64,000 nt of DNA from Octopus bimaculoides. Taxonomy: Eukaryota. How positions within the stretch are numbered: position 1 is the stretch's first letter; every line of letters starts with the position of its first letter. Shown here one piece after another: positions 12,612 to 27,400 of the stretch. A program made the position numbers and the translations under genes. The stretch is taken from positions 44,483,755 through 44,547,754 of the forward strand of contig NC_068995.1 of NCBI RefSeq assembly GCF_001194135.2. The letters run 5' to 3'. The notes below the pieces were generated by a model, which worked only from the letters and a program-made list of their open reading frames with translations, was not told where the DNA came from and made no database searches.

Positions 12612-15600
12612 CATCGTTTAATGTCCGTTTTCCATGCTAGCATGGGTTGGACGATTTGATTGAGGACTGGTGAACCAGATGGCTACACCAGGCTCCAATC
12701 TGATTTGGCAGAGTTTCTACAGCTGGATGCCCTTCCTAACGCCAACCACTCCGAGAGTGTAGTGGGTGCTTCTACCTGCCACCGGCACAAAGGCCAGTCA
12801 GGAGGTACTGGTAATGGCCACGCTCGAAATGGTGTATTTTACGTGCCACCAGCACAAGAGCCAGTCAAGGGGCACTGGCAACGATCTTGCTCGAAAATCC
12901 TTAGACATGCCACGGGCACAAGTGCCAGAAAGGCAACGCTGGGCACAGGTGCCATCCCGATTTCGTTTTCGCTTTCGCTTGCCCCAATAAGTCTTCGCAA
13001 GCTGAGTTTCATGTCCATTATATATATATAATGTGTGATATACAATATCAGTAATACTGGTATGGGAGCTGCAACTGTATATAGTATTTGTTTTAAAAGA
13101 TCTGGAACAATGGGAATAATGTCAAATGAATTATTATAATTAATGGAATTTGTGATACATCTATCATTGCTCCTGACGCAAGTTGACAGAAGTTTATATA
13201 AGCATGTGTGGATGTGTGGTTAAGACGTTTGCTCTCCAGCCACATGTGTATATATGTGTGTGTATATACACAAACACGCAGGCACACACACACATACATG
13301 ATATCTTTCATAAGTGATGTCTTTGGACAATTTGCAGAGACCGACTGAATGACAGAATTTTGAATACCGACCTATCTCTTAATGTAAAATTGGTGGTATT
13401 GAATCCTTTCTTTTGCAATCCCAATTAAGATGGCTTTGCCATGTTGTCAAAATGAGTGACAACAGAATTTCAAAAGTCCTTCTGAATAGCCAGCTCCATG
13501 ACAGAAGGAGGAACACAAGAAATTTTTATGCAGATTACATTAAATATATACATACATGTGTGTGTGTGTGTCTGTTTATGTATGTATGCTGGCAGAATCA
13601 TTAGCATGGCTGGCAAAATGCTTAGCGGCATTTAGTTTGTCTGTACGTTCTGAGTTCAAATTCCACCGAGGTCAATTTTGCCTTTCATTCTTTCGGGATC
13701 GATAAATTAAGTACCAGTTGTGTACTAGGATCAATCTAATCGACTAGCTCCCTCCCCCAAAATTTAAGGCCTTGTGCCTATAATAGAAAGGATTTATGTA
13801 TGTATGTATGCATGCATGTGTATGTATATATGTGTGTGTGTCTGTGTGTATGTATCTATGACATCTATTCCTGTCCCTCTGAACCTCTAATCTCTAATCA
13901 ACTGGCACCAAGCACCCCCCCCCCTCACTCTCTACTACTCCCTCCTCTCAGCTGACAGGGTCTTTGTATTGCAAGTTATTTGGTGACCCTGTCAGTGCTG
14001 GTATCACATAAAAAGCATCCAGTACACTCTGTAAAGTGGCTGGTATGAGGAAGGGCATCCAACCATAGAAACCATGTCGAGCAGACAGTGGAGCCTGGTG
14101 TGGCTCCCAGCCTTACTAGCTCCTGTCAGACTGTCCAATCCATGCCAGCATGGCAAATGGATATTAAATGATGATGATAATGATATATATGAATTTACAA
14201 ATGTATGCTACCCATTTTGCATTGGTAAGATGTATGTATGTAAACCTGAACTTTAAATCTGAAAAATTAATCTTTGTGATTGTTGTTAGTGTTTTATTTT
14301 GTTGTTTTTGTCTGCAAGGGGATCGAGTTCTACCCATGGAGAACCCTATCTCACCAGGGGTACCAGTGCTCTATAGAACAGCTGAGGAAAAATCCATCAA
14401 CCCAGACAGGTTGAATCTAGACAGGTAAGAGTAATGGAGACATCCAGTCTGCTTGTTTATTGTTGTGGTTCATATAATCCTATGACATAGTTTTCAGTAC
14501 ATCTCTTTTGCTCATCATCATCATAATCATCATTGCCATCAGCAATACTACTGTTGCTGCCATTATTCTCATCATCATTATCAACATCACTATCATCATC
14601 TTCATCACCTTAGTCATCGACATCGTCGTTATCAACTTTGTCATCATCACCATCATCATCTTCATTTCATCATCATTTTACTTTCAACTTCCCTTATTGG
14701 CATGGACTGAAGGGATCATCATAATCCTCCCCTTCAAAATGGGTTATAGAACATGTCTCACTTGTATGTTTCATTTTTCACTTGGTTTCTTCAGCTGGAT
14801 GCCCTTCATAGAACCAACCACTTTATAGAGCGTATTTAGGTGCCCCTGTATATCATGGTACCTACGTGAGTGGGATTGCTTTCTGCCCTGTAAGACCTAA
14901 CGGTCCACCCTAGGTTATGCTGTGTCTGTTTGTTGGAAGCAATGCGACCAGGATAGGGTGGAGTGAGGAGCAGATAGAGTGAGGATAGAAGAAAACCAGG
15001 GTGGGAGGATGAAGAGGAATGAGAGAGTGATTGGGGTGAGTGATGAGAAAGGAGGAGAGAGAGAGAGAGAGAGACAAAGAGAGAGAGAGATGGTGAATAT
15101 GGTGACTGGTAATACAGTAAAGGGTGAGAAATTGGTGAATTGGGTACAGGAGAGGGATAAGGGGTGGGAATTGTGTACAGGTTTGTCCAGTTCTGTCCCT
15201 TATTACTTGGAATAGTGGGGGAGGGTTAAATGTGTAAGAGGGATGGTGTGTATCAGAAAGATGAGAAGATTGGAACAGACTGGTTTGATGGCATCCCTAC
15301 ATGAACAGTGAATAAGTCCATTATTTAGGTGGCATCACACAGTGAGTAGGAGAGAGGGTATGTATGAGAGAGACAAGAAGGGGAATAGAACCAGATGACC
15401 TGGGTCCATACGGCCCCTGAGGGTCCATATAAGATTCTTGNNNNNNNNNNNNNNNNNNNNNNNNNNNNNNNNNNNNNNNNNNNNGGTCCATGCAACAAAA
15501 TTGTAAATCGGAGATCCACAACAGTATTTTATGGGACCCTGAAAAACCTTTGCTTTAGATGTATGTATTGGTATCTATTGCAAGAAACAGCTAGGTTTCT

Positions 15601-18600
15601 TTCTCTAACATTTTACATAGTTCAACTTACACAAGTTAATGTGTGAAAAGCAAAATAAGAATTTTGAAAGAAGTTTCTATGAAACTAGTTTCTAAACATC
15701 AAAAGATTATAGGGGTCCACCAGAATAAAATAGTAATCAAAGGGGTCCATAGATGAAAGATGGTTAAGAACTCCTGCTCTAAGGCTTCATAATGTCTTAG
15801 GTTATCTTTCTATCACTTCCCTATTTCATAGACTTTCTTTATGACTCCCCTATATCATAGTTTCTCCTTATAACACATCATTGTAAGACATTTTGTATAT
15901 GACTCTACTTAGCATATCACAATTTCTCTAATACTTCTTCCCCTACTAAGACTTCACTATAAAAAAAATTATCTTCATAACTTCACTTTGTCATTGAAAT
16001 ATCTGACAAGCTCTGCATGTGTATGTGCATATGTGAATGTGTGCATGCACGTGTGTGTGTGCGTGTGTCTGTCTCTCTGTCTCTTACCAAAGCAATATGT
16101 TCTATTTTAGGCGCCGGTTCACAGTGTGTCCAGTACTGGAGGGAGAAGAACCCTTGAGGTTGTTAAACTATCAACACAACCTAATCAAGAAAATCGAACA
16201 CGTTAATTACCTGAACAAATTGATTTTTCTGGATTTTTACGACAACCAAATTGAAGAGATTGATGGCCTGAGTCACCTGAAATCACTGCGGGTATTGATG
16301 CTGGGTAAAAATAGGTGAGGAACTTACTTAAATACAGGCAGTGGCAGTGGTGCCGGTGGTGGTGGCGGCAGTGGTGGTGGTCTCGGTGGTGGTGGTCTCG
16401 GTGGTGGTGNNNNNNNNNNNNNNNNNNNNNNNNNNNNNNNNNNNNNNNNNNNNNNNNNNNNNNNNNNNNNNNNNNNNNNNNNNNNNNNNNNNNNNNNNNN
16501 NNNNNNNNNNNNNNNNNNNNNNNNNNNNNNNNNNNNNNNNNNNNNNNNNNNNNNNNNNNNNNNNNNNNNNNNNNNNNNNNNNNNNNNNNNNNNNNNNNNN
16601 NNNNNNNNNNNNNNNNNNNNNNNNNNNNNNNNNNNNNNNNNNNNNNNNNNNNNNNNNNNNNNNNNNNNNNNNNNNNNNNNNNNNNNNNNTAGTTCTTAGA
16701 AATTGCCCTTTTTTTTTTTTTAGTGTGATCTTTGATAGACTGCTTATACGTATATAACAGTCTATCTGTCTACATGCATGTGTGTTCATTTATTTATTTG
16801 TTCTGTTATTTTTCTTTTTTTGCAGTCATTGGACTGAAGCTATCCAAGGTCACTGCGTTGAATGCTTTTTTTTTTTTTGTCCCAGTATTTAGTTAAAGTC
16901 TGGTAGTTTTTCTATTTGAATCATTATGCTGAATCACCAAGTCATGGGGACATAAACAAACCAGTCCTGGTTGTCAAGCTTTAAAATGCAAAAGAAAACA
17001 AAGCCCCCCACCCCCACATATACATATGTACATACATACACACACAGCTGCACTGATAGGCTTCTGCACAGTTTCCATCTACAAATCCACATGTACGACA
17101 TTGCTTGACCCTAGACTATAGATGAGCACATTTACCTAAGTTTCCCTGCAGTAAGACTGAATCCAAAACACCATGTTGGAAAACAAACTCCTTTACCATG
17201 TGGTTTTGGGTTTGGTCCCACAGTGTGCTACCCTGGACAGTATCTTCTACTACAGCCCCAAACTGACCACTATATGTATATCAAGTGAGTCTGACTTGGC
17301 AATATGTCCCCTGCTTTTGCTAATTGTTTTAGCTCCCTGTGTAATCACAAGGAGATATGGACATACTCTTATGTTCCTCTCCCTTGATCCAGCAGAATAT
17401 CCAGGTTGTGACTGCTGGAGGGAGAAAGGGCCTTACTGGCTTTCAGGATTACTGGTAAGTTCACCGCCACCAATTCACCACAGGGAACGTTCACTGCCAT
17501 CTATTCACTGTGAAGAAAGTTCACCACGAGGAAAGTTCACTGCAAGGAAAGTTTACCAAAAAAATATATCCATAGTGTCTCGCCATTAATAATAGTTAAA
17601 AAATATTTTACTGAAGAAAAAATGGTGAATTGATGATGGTGAACTAACTGGACATGGGCTTTCAGCACTTAATTACCGGTGAGTAGATTGGAGCAACACT
17701 AAATGAAGGTATTGGTCAAGGACACAACTGTGTCCTTCCCCTCACATCCAGGAATTGAACCCACAGCCTATATAATCATGAGCTGAACACCTTAACCATT
17801 AGGCTACACACCTTTACAGATTCATGGAAGTTGTGTTACTGTGCTCTGGAAGGAAAAGCTTAAGAGCAATCTTCCTCCATTTAACATTGGAATTTCTCCC
17901 TGCTGAAGGTCTCTATCCTGGTTTAGAAGCACCATGGATTCCTTGGCAATCACTTAACCACTTAAGAAGTTGCTTTGGTCAGATGGGACCACAAAACTGG
18001 CCCAGCCACCTGTGAATGTGAAGAAGCAGACCATACTAAAGAGCAGCACTTTGTCTTTCTTCTACTACCCAACTCATGCAGCTTAGAAGATCTGATAGAG
18101 TTCAATAAAAATGTGAAGAATTGTATAAAGAAGATGGAAACTGTCATTTAACTATTCCATTTTGAAGAATCAAAAGAAGACTGTATTATGGGCAGGCATT
18201 TGGCCAGTAAGATGAAGAATAGTTGAGCATGCAATCATGTCCATGAGACATGGTCAAACATGTAATTTGTTCTGGTATGTACAACCAATTACTCCCCCTC
18301 CTTTTTTTACTTTTTTTTACTTTTTTTCTTTTGAGGTAGGTTTGGTTGTTTTTTTTTTTTTGATAATTTCATCTTTTATACTTTTAATGTTTTCTTTTTT
18401 TTTATTTCTTTTCTTCCAGTAAAAATATGTTGTTAATTAAAACAATCTTTAATACCAAAAGAAAAAAAAAGGAAAAGTTGACCAGATAACATTACTGTGA
18501 TTATGTAATTAGTTTATAGCTCCTCCACTTATAGATTACTGAGCAGTGGGTGCTGAGTTCAAACCTGCATCTAGGCATTGTCTGAATATTTAGTACAACA

Positions 18601-21362
18601 TAATTTAATTTTCAAAATTCCTTGCTACTTATCTTTCTTCCTTTGTTTTATTTTTTTTATACTTTTTAATTTTATTTTTTCTTCTATCTCTTCAGCTTTC
18701 TGAGATTACAAATCTGAACCATTTGTCAGAACTACGTGTCTTGAATTTGGCTGGGAATTTATTAAAACATGTCGAGAACCTGAATGGTATGGATTCCTTA
18801 ATGGAACTCAATCTCAGACGCAATCGTATACAGAGTGTTGTAAGGGACATTTCAAAATGATATATTGCTGTTGTTCTGGTTGTTGTTGTTGTGTAACCCT
18901 TTAGCATTCAAACTGGCCATACCCAGCCAAACTGGCCAGATCCAGCCTCTCACACCTACCCTACTGTCATTCTAAAAAAAAATCAATGCTCACATCATCA
19001 AAATCTCAAAGCTACATGATAATGCATGACGAATTCAAATGAATGTGAATAAATAAGTATTATATTTGATAGAAAAATCTGAATGCTAAAAGGTTAATAC
19101 ATTTGTCACCAGGGCTCAAATAGCCATAGGAATAGTGGGATCTCAGGAAAAGTTCCCAGAAGATCTGCTGTCTAGTTACTTATGAGACATTGTGTGAATG
19201 TTTAGAAATGGGTCTGCCCAAGCACCTGGAGTTCTCCATTCAAATATCTCAAGTTGTCTGGCAAGAGATGAAGCATGTGAATCAACATTTTGTGATGAGC
19301 CAAAGCAACAAGACAGTTTTTGTAGATGACAAGAGGTTAAATTTCAGAACATTTGAGAAAGCCATATCATGTCACAGCTTCAGACTGATTGGGTGACTTA
19401 TAGATCAATCATGTGAAACTGTGGTGGCTCACTCATGGTCTCTAACTTAGTATCAAGCGGTAAAGGTTCAAATCCTAGCTACAAGACTATTGAACCAACC
19501 CAATATCACAGCAACACTGATTTTCACCTCTGAGCAGCACACTGACCTTCACTTCTAGTATGTTTGAATCATAGAGGTCAATGTCTTTATATTAACCCTT
19601 TAGCATTCAGATTATTCTGCTAAATGTAATCCGTAGGAGTGTGTGTGTGTGTTAAGTAACTTGCTTACGAACCACATAGTTCTGGGTTCAGTCCCACTGC
19701 GTGGCACCTTGGACAAATGTTTTCTGCTATAGCCTCGGGCCGACCAAAGCCTTGTGAGTGGATTTGGAAGACGGAAACTGAAAGAAGCCTGTCGTATATA
19801 TGTATATATATATATATGTGTGTGTGTTTGTGTGTCTGTGTTTGTCCCCCCAACATCGCTTTTGACAACCGATGCTGGTGTGTTTACATCCCCGTAACTT
19901 AGCGGTTTGGCAAAAGAGACCGATAGATTAAGTACTAGGCTTATAAAGAATAAGTCCTGGGGTCGATTTGCTCGACTAAAGGTGGTGCCCCAGCATGGCC
20001 ACAGTCAAATGACTGAAACAAGTAAAAGAGTAAAAGAGAATATTGTTTAATCATACTTTATCTTATAGCTTTGAAATTTCAATGATATGATTGTATAGTT
20101 TTAGAATGACATTGTAGGGTTGATGTGAGAGATCAGATCTGACCAGTTTGAGTGTAAAATAGGTAGAATATCTGGGCCAGATATGGTCAGTTTAATTGCT
20201 AAAGGGTTAAGGACTGTCAAAAAATTAAGTTTTTTTTTTTTATTTCATTCGCTTGAGATAATTAACAATTATTGATTAATTGATTGAGAGTGAAGAAAGT
20301 TCTTTAATGAAACCAAAAATTCTTTCTGTAAATCCATGGAATAATACTTAGTTGAGTCCAAACCAACTCTAACAGGTTATCATTGTTGTTTCTTTTCTAG
20401 TCAGACATCGATTGTCTACCTTCCCTTCAGCGCCTCTATCTCAGCTTCAACGAAATTTGCAGGTAAATCACTCCTGTTTACGTGATACAAATTTCCTGTT
20501 TTACTGTGATCTTTAATTAAAACCGTCCATTAAAATTTCATGTTTATTTATGTTCTAAATACTAGCTTAACCCAGTAGCATTTAAACTGTCCATATCCAG
20601 CCCAAAGTGGAGGCGCAATGGCCCAGTGGTTAGGGCAGCAGACTCGTGGTCATAGGATCGCGGTTTTGATTCCCAGACCGGGCGTTGTGAGTGTTTATTG
20701 AGCGAAAACACCTAAAGCTCCACGAGGCTCTGGCAGGGGATGGTGGTGAACCCTGCTGTACTCTTTCACCACAACTTTCTCTCACTCTTACTTCCTGTTT
20801 CTGTTGTGCCTGTAATTCAAAGGGTCAGCCTTGTCACACTGTATCACGCTGAATATCCCCGAGAACTACGTTAAGGGTACACGTGTCTGTGGAGTGCTCA
20901 GCCCCTTGCTCTTTAATTTCACGAGCAGGCTGTTCCGTTGATCGGATCAACTGGAACCCTCGACGTCGTAAGCGACGGAGTGCCAACAACAAGCTTGCTG
21001 AGTGGACTGGAGCAACGTGAAATGAAGTGTTTTGCTCAAGAACACAATGCATCGCCTGGTCCAGGAATCGAAACCATAACCTTACAATCACGAGTCCAAC
21101 ACCCTAACCACTAAGCCATGCACTTCCACCAAAGACAGTGTTTAATTAGTCTGTTTCTGCTTAGTTTCAGTGCTGTTAGCTGTCTGTCAGACTCTAGCTC
21201 TTTATCAGAAGTCTCCCTTGATGGTAACCCTATCGCCATTGAACACAGTTATCGGCAAAATGTCCTTTACAACATGCAACAACTCCGGCTGCTCGACATG
21301 CGACGAGTCTCTGTAAGTAGACCACTCTCTCTGGAGAGATGTGGTGTTTGTGTATGTTTCTT

Positions 21363-21401
<39 letters not shown>

Positions 21402-21411
21402 NNNNNNNNNN

Positions 21412-21456
<45 letters not shown>

Positions 21457-24400
21457 GTGCATGTGTTTGTGTGAGAGAGTGCATGTGTTTGTGTTCTATT
21501 GAGTGTGTGTGTGTGTGTATTTCTGTGTAAATACACACACACTTATATACGTAAGTGTGTATGTATTTGAGTGTTGTGTGTGTGAGAGACAGAGAGAGTG
21601 TCAGTACGTGTGTGTGTGTGTGTGTGTATTTATGTGAGTGTACCTGTGTTTGAGTGTGAGTGTGTGCTTGTGTATGTGTGATGTAAGTGTATGTGAGAGT
21701 ATGAATGCATGTGTGTGAGTGTGTGTTTGTATATGTATCATTGAGTGTAATGTGTTTGTGTGTATACAAGAGTATGTGCTTGTGTGTGTACATCTGTGTA
21801 AGAGTAGGAGTGTGTGTGTGTGTGTGTGTGTGTGAATGCACATGTGTTAACATCGTGGGTCTGAAGGAAGGGCCAGTAACTACAAGGTACCCACAGCATT
21901 CTCAAACCTTCCTAGACTAGTGAGACTGATACCTTAATGTTTGTCTCGAGTCTTTGTAATTCAACACCTGCAGGAAATATGTGAGCAGGGAGGGAATTCC
22001 AGAAATCTTCTGGGAGTTTTTGGAAAGAAAGAACAGGGTGTCTTGATTAGTGTAGGTCAAGGGAGGAAGTGTGGGGACAAGAAAGTTGATAAGAGGAGGA
22101 GGAAGAGGAATGAGTGAATTGGAAATGGTTTAGTGAGATGTTTGGTAGCCTGAGACTTTCATGGCACTCAAGAATGATGTAATACTTGTTTATTTCATCT
22201 GTAATTCATATCTGATACTTGATACATGTAATACACGTAGCTGTACATCTGTTGATGATTACTGCCTAATATTTGTTAAAACAGACTTGGTATATGGAGA
22301 GTATATGGAGATGGTGGGGGGACAAACACAGATATATATATATATATATGTATGTCTGTGTTTGTCCCCCCACCATCGCTTAACATCCTATGGTTGTGTG
22401 TTTACGTCCCCGTAACTTAGCATTTCGGTAAAAGAGACTGATAGAATAAGTACTAGGCTTCCAAAGAATAAGTCCTGGGGTCGATTTGCTCGACTAATGG
22501 CGGTGCTCCAGCATGGCCACAGTCAAATGACTGAAACAAGTAAAAGAGTAAACAATCGATGAATTAGTTAGATATTTCACCAATTGACTAATAATAAAGG
22601 AGTGGAATTGAACCAATGCATGTGTTTAAGGAAGTGTTCCAGCATGACTGCAGTTGAATGACCGAAACAAGTGAAAAAGAGAAAAAGGATACCGAAATTA
22701 ATAAAGCTGTTGTTGTTGTTGTTTTCTCAGGAAGACGAGAGACGAATGGCATTGGTTGCGGCACGTAAAGAGGAAGAACGGAAAAGGGAGATGAGGAAGA
22801 TAGCAACATTAAAGGTAGGTGGTCAAGGCAGCAAGCGAGCAGAATCGTTAACATACAGGTGGCGAGCTGGCAGAAACATTAGCACACCGGGCGAAATGCT
22901 TAGCGGTATTTCGTCTGCCGTTATGTTCTCAGTTCAAGTTCCACCGAGATCGTTTTTTACCTTTCATCCTTTCGGGGGTCGATAAATTAAGTACCAGTTA
23001 TGCACTGGGGTCGATGTAATCGACTTAAATCCCTTTGTCTGTCCTTGTTTGTCCCCTCTATGTTTAGCCCCTTGTGGGCAATAAAGAAATAAGAATTTTG
23101 TCTGTTTTCACATTCTGAGTTCAAATTCTGCCGAGCTTGACTTTTGCTTTCATCCTTTTTGGTGGTGGTGGAGGTGGTGGGGGTTGATAAAATAATACCA
23201 GTTGAATACTGAGGTCAATGTAATTGACTTACACACTTCCCTGAAATTGCTGGCCTTGTGCTAAAATTTGAAATCAACATTAATGGTGGTTGGAGATGGG
23301 AGGCTTTGGGTGAGGGTGGGAAGCCTTGGGTGGAGGTGGGAAGCAGGAGGAATTGGGTGAAGGTGGGTGGCAGGAGGCATTGGGTGGAGGTGAGAGGCGT
23401 TGGGTGGATGTGGAAAGTGTTGATGGTGGTGGTACCTTGGTAGAAGCGAGCTTTGTCTTTGCAATCACCATCATCATCATTACAACTATCACCACTACTA
23501 CTCTACTACAACACGCACTAACCACTCTAGTACAACACGTAGACCACTATACCTATCTACTACAGCACACACACACACACATACTATCACAACACATACA
23601 CCATTCTACAACACACTCAGACTACTCTATTACAAGGTACATGTACACACGTGTGCCATTCTACTACAACACACACAACTTTTTCACAAGACACACACAC
23701 ATATCCACTACTCTACTCCACAATAAAACTGACAACTGTTAATCTTGTTACCGTTATTTTATGTTCTATCTGTAGGAAAAGCGCCGAGTTGCCATTAACA
23801 ATGCTAAGAAACAATGGGATGTTATACAAGGAAGTTTGATGTCCCATGTTGGTAAAACTGGTAAAATACCTGAGCTGTATACTTCACATGTTGGTTCTTA
23901 CCCCAATACCAGACGACCAAATGACACTGGAATCCCTCAGAATAAAGATGTCACCACAATATTCGATGATGTTTTTCATATATCAGGAAAGTATGTTTCC
24001 TTAGAAATTAAATGGCTTAACCCTTCAGCATTTAATCCGGCCATATCCAGCCCAAATATTCCACCTGTTTTATGTTAAAACTGTCTGTATCCAACCTCTT
24101 ACACCTACCATACAATGTCATTTAAAAAATATATAGCCACATCATTTAAATTTTGAAGTTACAAAATAATATGTGATTAAATAAATTAGTTGATTAAATC
24201 AACTTAAGTATTTGACTAGTACCTTATAATGTTGATAAAGTCAATAATGTTCACAGTACTAATAGGTAATGAAATTGATTGAACTGTTAGTTTTGATTGC
24301 CATTGTTAGTGATATTGACTTTATAAATAGTAATATACTATCAACAATAATGTTGAATAATGTTAATAGTATTCGTTTAAGTAAATAATACTGATAATGT

Positions 24401-27400
24401 TTAGAAAGTCAATAATGTTGAAAATGCTGAGTGTGTTTAGAAAGTTGGTAATGTTAATAATATTCATAATGTTTATACCAAATTGTTAATGAATTTAAAA
24501 TTTCTTCAGACTCGAAAAGTTGCTGAAATATCCTGCAGGTAGCCACAGTGCGCAATCAGATGTACCAAGTACAGCAACAGATGTACCAAGTACAGCAACA
24601 GATGTAACAAGTACGTCAATAGATGTACCTAGTGCATCAACAGATGTACCTAGTACACCTAATCTGAGTGATGAACAACAGGAAAGTGAAATACAAAAGA
24701 ACTCTGGTTCCAAGACACACAATGAACAGTTGAAGTCAACAAAACAAACATTTATTTTTAGGTAAACATTTTGGTCTCAAATGTTTGGGGTAACTGATAT
24801 ATAACTGGATATCTAGACTCGGTGTCCAGATTTTGATAGAATAAAGAGACACAGTGTGTAAATGTTGACTGGATAGGTGGACACAGTGTGTAGATGTTGA
24901 CTGGTTAGATAGACAGTGTGTAGATATTGAGTGGATAGTGTGTATAGATGCTGGCTGGTTAGACACTGTATGTAGATGTTCTTTTCTACTCTAGGCACAA
25001 GGCCCTAAATTTTGGGGGAAGGGGCCAGTCGATTAGATCAACCTCAGTACACAACTGGTACTTAATTTATCGACCCCGAAAGGATGAAAGACGAAGTCAA
25101 ACTTGGTGGAATTTAACACAGTATGTAGATATAGACTGGAAAGAAAGACAGTTTGTAGTTATTGAGTGGATAGATAAGACTCAGTGTGACTAGATAGATG
25201 TGAGATTCTGGCAAGCTGGTTTCAACTCCAGGTTGTAGTTATTTCACTTCACATACATCAAAATGCACCTGAGAAAAATATTAATTTTTAGTTTTATTTA
25301 AAAGGTTTTTTGGTTTATTTTTTTCATTCCTACAAATTAAAAATCTTATATTTATTTATATTTAATTGCTTTCAGATCTCCCAGTAATATTGAAAACGAT
25401 GAATGTGATTTAAACAACCTTGCTGAACTTGATGACAATTCTTTAGCCATGTATGGAATTGGTTCTCTGGAAGCTCTTGATAGGACTTATGGCATTCCAA
25501 CTGCTGGAAGTGTTACTACCATTCTCTTCAATTTCATTGATTTTGATGAGATTGTTAAACATTTGCCCAAACTCAAATCTAGATTTCCTGGTCTTGTGGT
25601 AAGTTTATGCTTAATTATTTCTTGGATCAATCTGTACTGTCATAGACAATGTTGGGGGGAATTCAAGAGAAGCCTGGGTAATGCCTATGTTCTCAAGCAG
25701 CTTTATCTGGGCTCACAACATTTTCATTTTAATGTAAATCATTCATACTCCCTTCAGTCAATGCTTGTGAGTGATGTGGGGGAAAAAATACTATTCATCA
25801 TCATCATTGTCGTTTAACGTCCGCTTTCCATGCTAGCATAGGTTGGACGATTTGACTGAGGACTGGTGGACCAGGAAGCAACACCAGGCTCCAATCTAAT
25901 TTGGCAGAGTTTCTACAGTTGGATGCCCTTCCTAACGCCAACCACTCCGAGAGTGTAGTGGGTGCTTTTACGTGCCACCAGCACGAAGGTCAGTCAGGCG
26001 GTACTGGCGATGGCCACGCTCGAAATGGTATATTTTACGTGCCACCTGCACAGGAGCCAGTCCATCGGCACTGGCAACGACCTCGCCCGAATGTCTTTTC
26101 ACGTGCCACTGGCCACTATTATTGTTTCATATTCAAATGATCAGGATCTTGCTGTAAACTTTGGCTTCCACACAATCAAGATCAACTGTTCAGCCATACT
26201 TTCAACTGAAATGCAAGCTGCTTAACATTATCATCATCTTAATGTCCATGCAGGTATGCATTGATGGATGCATCCTTGAATGTATGTGTCTTTATCTGTA
26301 AACAGCATTTCTATCTCCCTCCCTTCTTACAATGTTTTCTAAATTTATGGGCCTACCTTGTCTTCTTGCTCTCATCAGTTTTTCTATTTCTCACTAACTT
26401 ATCTCTTCCTTCTCCCTCACCTCCCCCTTTGTCTTCTCTATTTCTTCTTCTCCCTCCATCTATCTGTCTCTCCCCTCCTTCTCTCTCACTTTATTTATCT
26501 TTCATCACCATTTAACATATCATTTCATTTCCCTTCAATGAAGATATCTGCTTGAAATGTCAGATTTTTCCTTCTTCCTCATAGCATAAAATATATTCCC
26601 CTGTTTCAGTGATTCATATTCTTGCCAATGCAGAATATCATATCCATATTTTCCAATGGAATCTACCACTTTACTAATTCTCCATTGCTAACTCTCACAA
26701 CCAAGTTTTCAACTTCCTACCTATAGTGTTTAGTATTGAATGCCTGCAACATTCACAGTCTCACACAACTGAATGCTTTGGCAACAGTCCGAAGACTTGA
26801 CCACATAGTCATTGATGAAGTAAACCCAGTCACCAAGTTCTCTTTGTGGCGATATTATTTATTATTCCGACTTGCTCATTTTTCTCTCAAGACAATCAAC
26901 AATAAAGAGGTAAGAACTTCAATTTCTCTACTTTAATTTTAATCTTTAAATATGGAAATTTGCAGTTTTAGTAATCTTTTTGGAAAATATGGAAATTTGC
27001 AGTTTAAGTATCCAGAAAATCACCACCACCATCATCATTATTTAACATCTGTTTTCCATGCTGGCATGGGTTAGACCAGGGGTTTTCAGACTGTGGTCCG
27101 CGGACCACAGGGGGCCCGCAAGGGCAAGACAGGGGGTCCATGGACAGCAAATACTTTTTATGGGCAATTTGATTTTATATATGTTTTTTAATCGAAATCT
27201 TTTAATTGACAATAAACCTATTAGTTAAATACTGTTAAATAAATAAATGTAAAAATATATGTTATTTTAAGCAAATATTTATGTATAAATTTCATAAGCA
27301 TTTATAAGGGGGTCCCTAAGGTAAAGCCTGAAATATAAAGGGGTCCGCAAGTCAAAAAGTTTGAAAACCCCTGGGTTAGACAGTTTGACAGAAGCTAGCA

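Noticed and set aside
12660-13045. Recurrent ORFs (MRTGEPDGYTRLQSDLAEFLQLDALPNANHSES...) here and at 11288, 25901, 57437, 58215 and 63104 that look like a gene family
   Set aside because: They are chance frames of retroposon family D. The copies are frameshifted and truncated and carry (GAT)n tails.
20610-20685. tRNA-like sequences here and at 32570-32635, 59436, 60920 and 62310
   Set aside because: They are SINE heads. They lack a complete cloverleaf and run directly into SINE bodies.
21205-21920. His/Thr- and Cys/Val-rich ORFs
   Set aside because: Translations of the (TG)n/(GA)n microsatellite.
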